Below are positions 60,861 to 64,000 of a stretch of DNA of 64,000 nt, in pieces. Numbering within the stretch: the first letter of the stretch is position 1; the number at the start of each line of letters is the position of its first letter. The DNA is from Negaprion brevirostris. Its lineage: Eukaryota. The stretch covers positions 39,846,585-39,910,584 of the forward strand of contig JARDVH010000084.1 of NCBI GenBank assembly GCA_030324005.1, read 5' to 3'. Under the pieces are notes generated by a model. The model saw nothing but the letters and a program-made list of their open reading frames with translations. It did no database searches and had not been told where the DNA came from. Made by a program: the position numbers and the translations under genes.

Positions 60861-61789
60861 CTAGGAAGACGATGGGAGGGGTGACCCAAATCGTAATATA
60901 AGCGCTTTCATATAAATGCAAAAGGGGGAGGATTTCTTCTCTCACCCTGTGTTTTGGATATGAACATAGTAGGAAGATTTCCTCTCATCGCTATTCCATG
61001 TAAAATTGTAAACACACTCTTTGAGAATGTATTTACAATTTTTCTCCAAAGTAACATAGAAAAAACCTTCCCATTATCATTCACTCAAATGGTGACTAGA
61101 ATTCCTCCCTCTCCCTGCATGGTAATTGCCATCTTTTTTGTCTAAAAACTGACTGATATAAAAAAAAGCACTGTCCTATGATGGGAAAATAATTTGCTAT
61201 ATAAACCGGCTAGCTACTCAACAGGCAAAAGATTAGCCAGTCCAGATTCGCATCCTGCAAACCTCGTCTTGAGTTGTCTATGTGATTGATACCTGTAATC
61301 TTACAGCAAAATAATTTTCCTGTGATGATACATAACATCTGAAATATTAAAAATTATAACTATATACACTGCGATGTAGACTGGTGGGGCAGTAGAATGA
61401 AAGCTCTCAAGATCTGGTACTGTATGAACAATGGCTGCAGTGCTGAATAAGTCATAATTATGTACTATTAATCTATTAATAATTGATGAGATTTCAAGTA
61501 ATTAAATATTTATTAATCACTTCTCAACCAAGGTAGTACCATTTCGGGCGAAGATGGTGAAATCTGTTCTTACCCTTTGGGCAGTCCAGCAGCATTATCA
61601 GATCTGGCTCCTAAACCAGGTGGCCACATGCTGGCGTCCCTAGGCTATCAATTTAGATTTATCAAAGACCAGCAGTGAGTTGGGGTTATGGAATAGGAAA
61701 TTCCAAAGAGACTCCANNNNNNNNNNACTCCACTCTATACCAACTGCTACAAGCCAACTGGACTCCCATTAAATGTTTAAGTTCTTCTG

Positions 61790-62130
61790 ATGGCTCAGCT
61801 GGTTAATGCTGTTGTCTAACCGGGACTGCCCCAGGTGGATTAACTATAGTGTTCTGAATTAATCTATCTCAGCCGGGATGGTGGCAGTCATTATTTCCTT
61901 TCCTACTGCCTAACCTGGAACCCTTACTGGAAGTGGACGTGTGGGTTGGGAGGAAGGACATGGTCAGATTTGGCCAGGAAACTTCCAGTGGCAAAATAAT
62001 ATGCTGACATATATTAAGGCACTGACACCCATTATTAAGAAGCAGACTTAAAGGGCAGTCATTTGGTTGTGGCATTAGGGTAGTCAGCTGGGTAAGACGT
62101 CCGACGGCAAAGGATATCATGCAGCTGTCC
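61790..62130 (+). mobile_element. Ancient tRNA-headed SINE relic
   Basis: Head 'tggctcagctggttaatgc' and body 'atctcagccggg..ggaagtggacgtgtggg..aggacatggtcagatttggc', related to 14285-14530. Confidence 0.45.
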
Positions 62131-62234
62131 CCAAGAGAAAAATCAATGCCTTCAGGTAAGGAAAGGAGGAAAACTTCCATGGCTCTGAAATACTGTGGGG
62201 TTTTGATGTGTCTATTCTTTAACTTCAGAGAATG

Positions 62235-62990
62235 GCCATAAGATGAAGAAATAGAAGTAAGCAATTCAGCCCAATGAGTTTGCTCAGCCAATGAGATCAT
62301 GACTGATCTGATATAATCCTCAACTCCACTTTCCCACCATATCCCCATAACATTTGATTCCCTCACTGATCAAAACGTGTTTATCTCAGCCTTGATTATA
62401 CTTAATGACCCAGGCTCTGCATCCCTCTGCAGTAAAGAGGTCCACAGATTCGCTACCCTCAGAGAAGAAATTCCTCCTCATTTCTGTCTCAAATGGGTGA
62501 CCCTTTACCCTGAGATTATGCCCTCTGGCCCTAGACTCTTCCACAAGGGGAGAAAACCTTGCAGCATCTACTCTGTCTAACCTCCCAAAAATCCCAGAAG
62601 TCTCAATAAACTCCAATGAGGACAAACTACTTAACAACTTCTCAGAAGAAAATCCCTCCATAGCGGGGTCAACCTAATGAACCTTCTGTGGACAGCCTCC
62701 AATGCCAGTACCACTTTCCTTGGATAAGGGGGCCAAAACTGTCCACAGTATTACAGGTGTGGTCTTGTTTAGCTTTAACAAGACTTCCCTAGTTTTATAC
62801 TCCATTCCCTTTGAAATAAAGGCCAATGTTCCATTTGTTTTCCCAATTACTAGCTGGACTTGCATGCTAGCTTTTGTGATTTATCCACAAGGACCTCCAA
62901 ATCCTTCAGTGCTGCAGCTTTCTCCCTTTAAATAATAATCAACTATATTCTGCCAACCAAAGCGCACCCGTCTAAATCCCTCTGTAGATT
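62235..62990 (-). mobile_element. CR1 LINE 3' portion
   Basis: 'MQVQLVIGKTNGTLAFISKGMEYK' and 'LDRVDAARFSPLVEESRARGHNLRVKGHPFETEMRRNFFS'. Confidence 0.9.
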
Positions 62991-62994
62991 CTTT

Positions 62995-63937
62995 GGGTGG
63001 AATTCTCCTAATAATTTCTAACTGCCGTAGTGGCAAGAATAATAGTGATCTGTGCCGGTTTCTCAGGCATGTACCACAAACTCCCCCCTCACACAGACAT
63101 CTTTTTTTAGTGAGTTAAGAAGTTTGCGCAGGTACTGGGGTCTAAAATTGGTGGCGAGTCAGGCTTCAGAACATTTGGGTGCCAGTTCACAAGACCTAAT
63201 CTCAGAGTGTATCGAGAGACCCCTCACAGACATCAGGATCCTCCTTCCTCTTCGGCAGTATGTTTCCCCATCCCGTCCCTGACACGAGTGACTGGCATCG
63301 GGACTCTCCTGACCCCCAATATGCNNNNNNNNNNNNNNNNNNNNNNNNNNNNNNNNNNNNNNNNNNNNNNNNNNNNNNNNNNNNNNNNNNNNNNNNNNNN
63401 NNNNNNNNNNNNNNNNNCATCATGGCCTCCACCCCCTTGGCACTGCCCCTGGCACATTGACAGTGCCAAACTGGCACCACCCAGGCTGTCTGGTGGCCAA
63501 TGCATGATTGTCTGGTAACCACTGTTCAGTATTGCTAGTGTGCCAGTTAAGCACTACCAGAATGAGGTGTGTATCGCCCTGCCATGCCACTGACCACCTG
63601 GGGTGTCAGTGGCCTCCAAATCCTGTGGCATGACCACTGTACCAGGTCTCCACTAGTGGAGACGGTAGTGATTCTCACCATTATCGCATCATGCTGGAAG
63701 GCCAGTGAATCCTGTACGCTGGGATTTGAATGGGTACGCAAATTTAAATACTATTTTAAATATGTTAATCGGCATCATGCCTTTTCTGAGCATGATCCAG
63801 TTCACGCAATTAGGAAAGGGCCAGAAGACTTGCAAACTGCTTAGTGTCCAGTGCGAAACAGATTTTCAGGCCCACTTACTAGTCACTGAGATTGGTGCAA
63901 TCTGCTAACAGCATGCCAAGGCCAGTGAATTGTCCCC
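62995..63937. mobile_element. Non-autonomous Harbinger-type element
   Basis: Left GGGTGGAATTCTCC and right GTGAATTGTCCCC. Interior has TGGCAC/GTGCCA repeats and similarity to 45777-46540. Confidence 0.6.
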
Positions 63938-64000
63938 TAAGTCCTAGAGTCCAGGAACTGATAATTGTGGGGATCTTGGGGCAAGATGAGGTGGTGAGGA

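Noticed and set aside
61574-61610. Short minus-strand peptide EPDLIMLLDCPK resembling a nucleotide-kinase strand
   Set aside because: Only 12 residues, a weak acceptor, and no other kinase exons found.

Overview
Vertebrate genomic DNA, almost certainly from an elasmobranch (shark), judged from its repeat content: HE1/V-SINEs, Deu-domain SacSINE-like SINEs, CR1 (HER1-like), RTE, Rex1, Penelope-like elements and PIF/Harbinger-type DNA elements. It comes from a gappy draft assembly with many N runs, several flanked by duplicated contig ends. I recognise no host protein-coding gene, rRNA, tRNA gene or CRISPR array, and the long ORFs in the track are TE remnants, gap artefacts or chance. The window reads as intronic or intergenic: TE-dense blocks alternate with TE-poor, AT-rich, motif-dense blocks that may be conserved non-coding elements. 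Best-supported highlights: (1) minimal hammerhead-ribozyme motifs in Penelope-derived terminal repeats, including a pair on opposite strands in a ~380-bp fold-back element at 1815-2191; (2) a decayed, intron-containing Harbinger Myb/SANT gene inserted into an RTE LINE; (3) nested insertions with readable target-site duplications; (4) a 55-bp inverted duplication inside a SINE; (5) several weak minus-strand exon candidates (60.8, 56.3, 52.6, 39.3 kb) of an unidentified transcript. Repeat-family names come from my recall of consensus sequences and motifs, not from a database search. Repeat boundaries are approximate unless a TIR or TSD is quoted.
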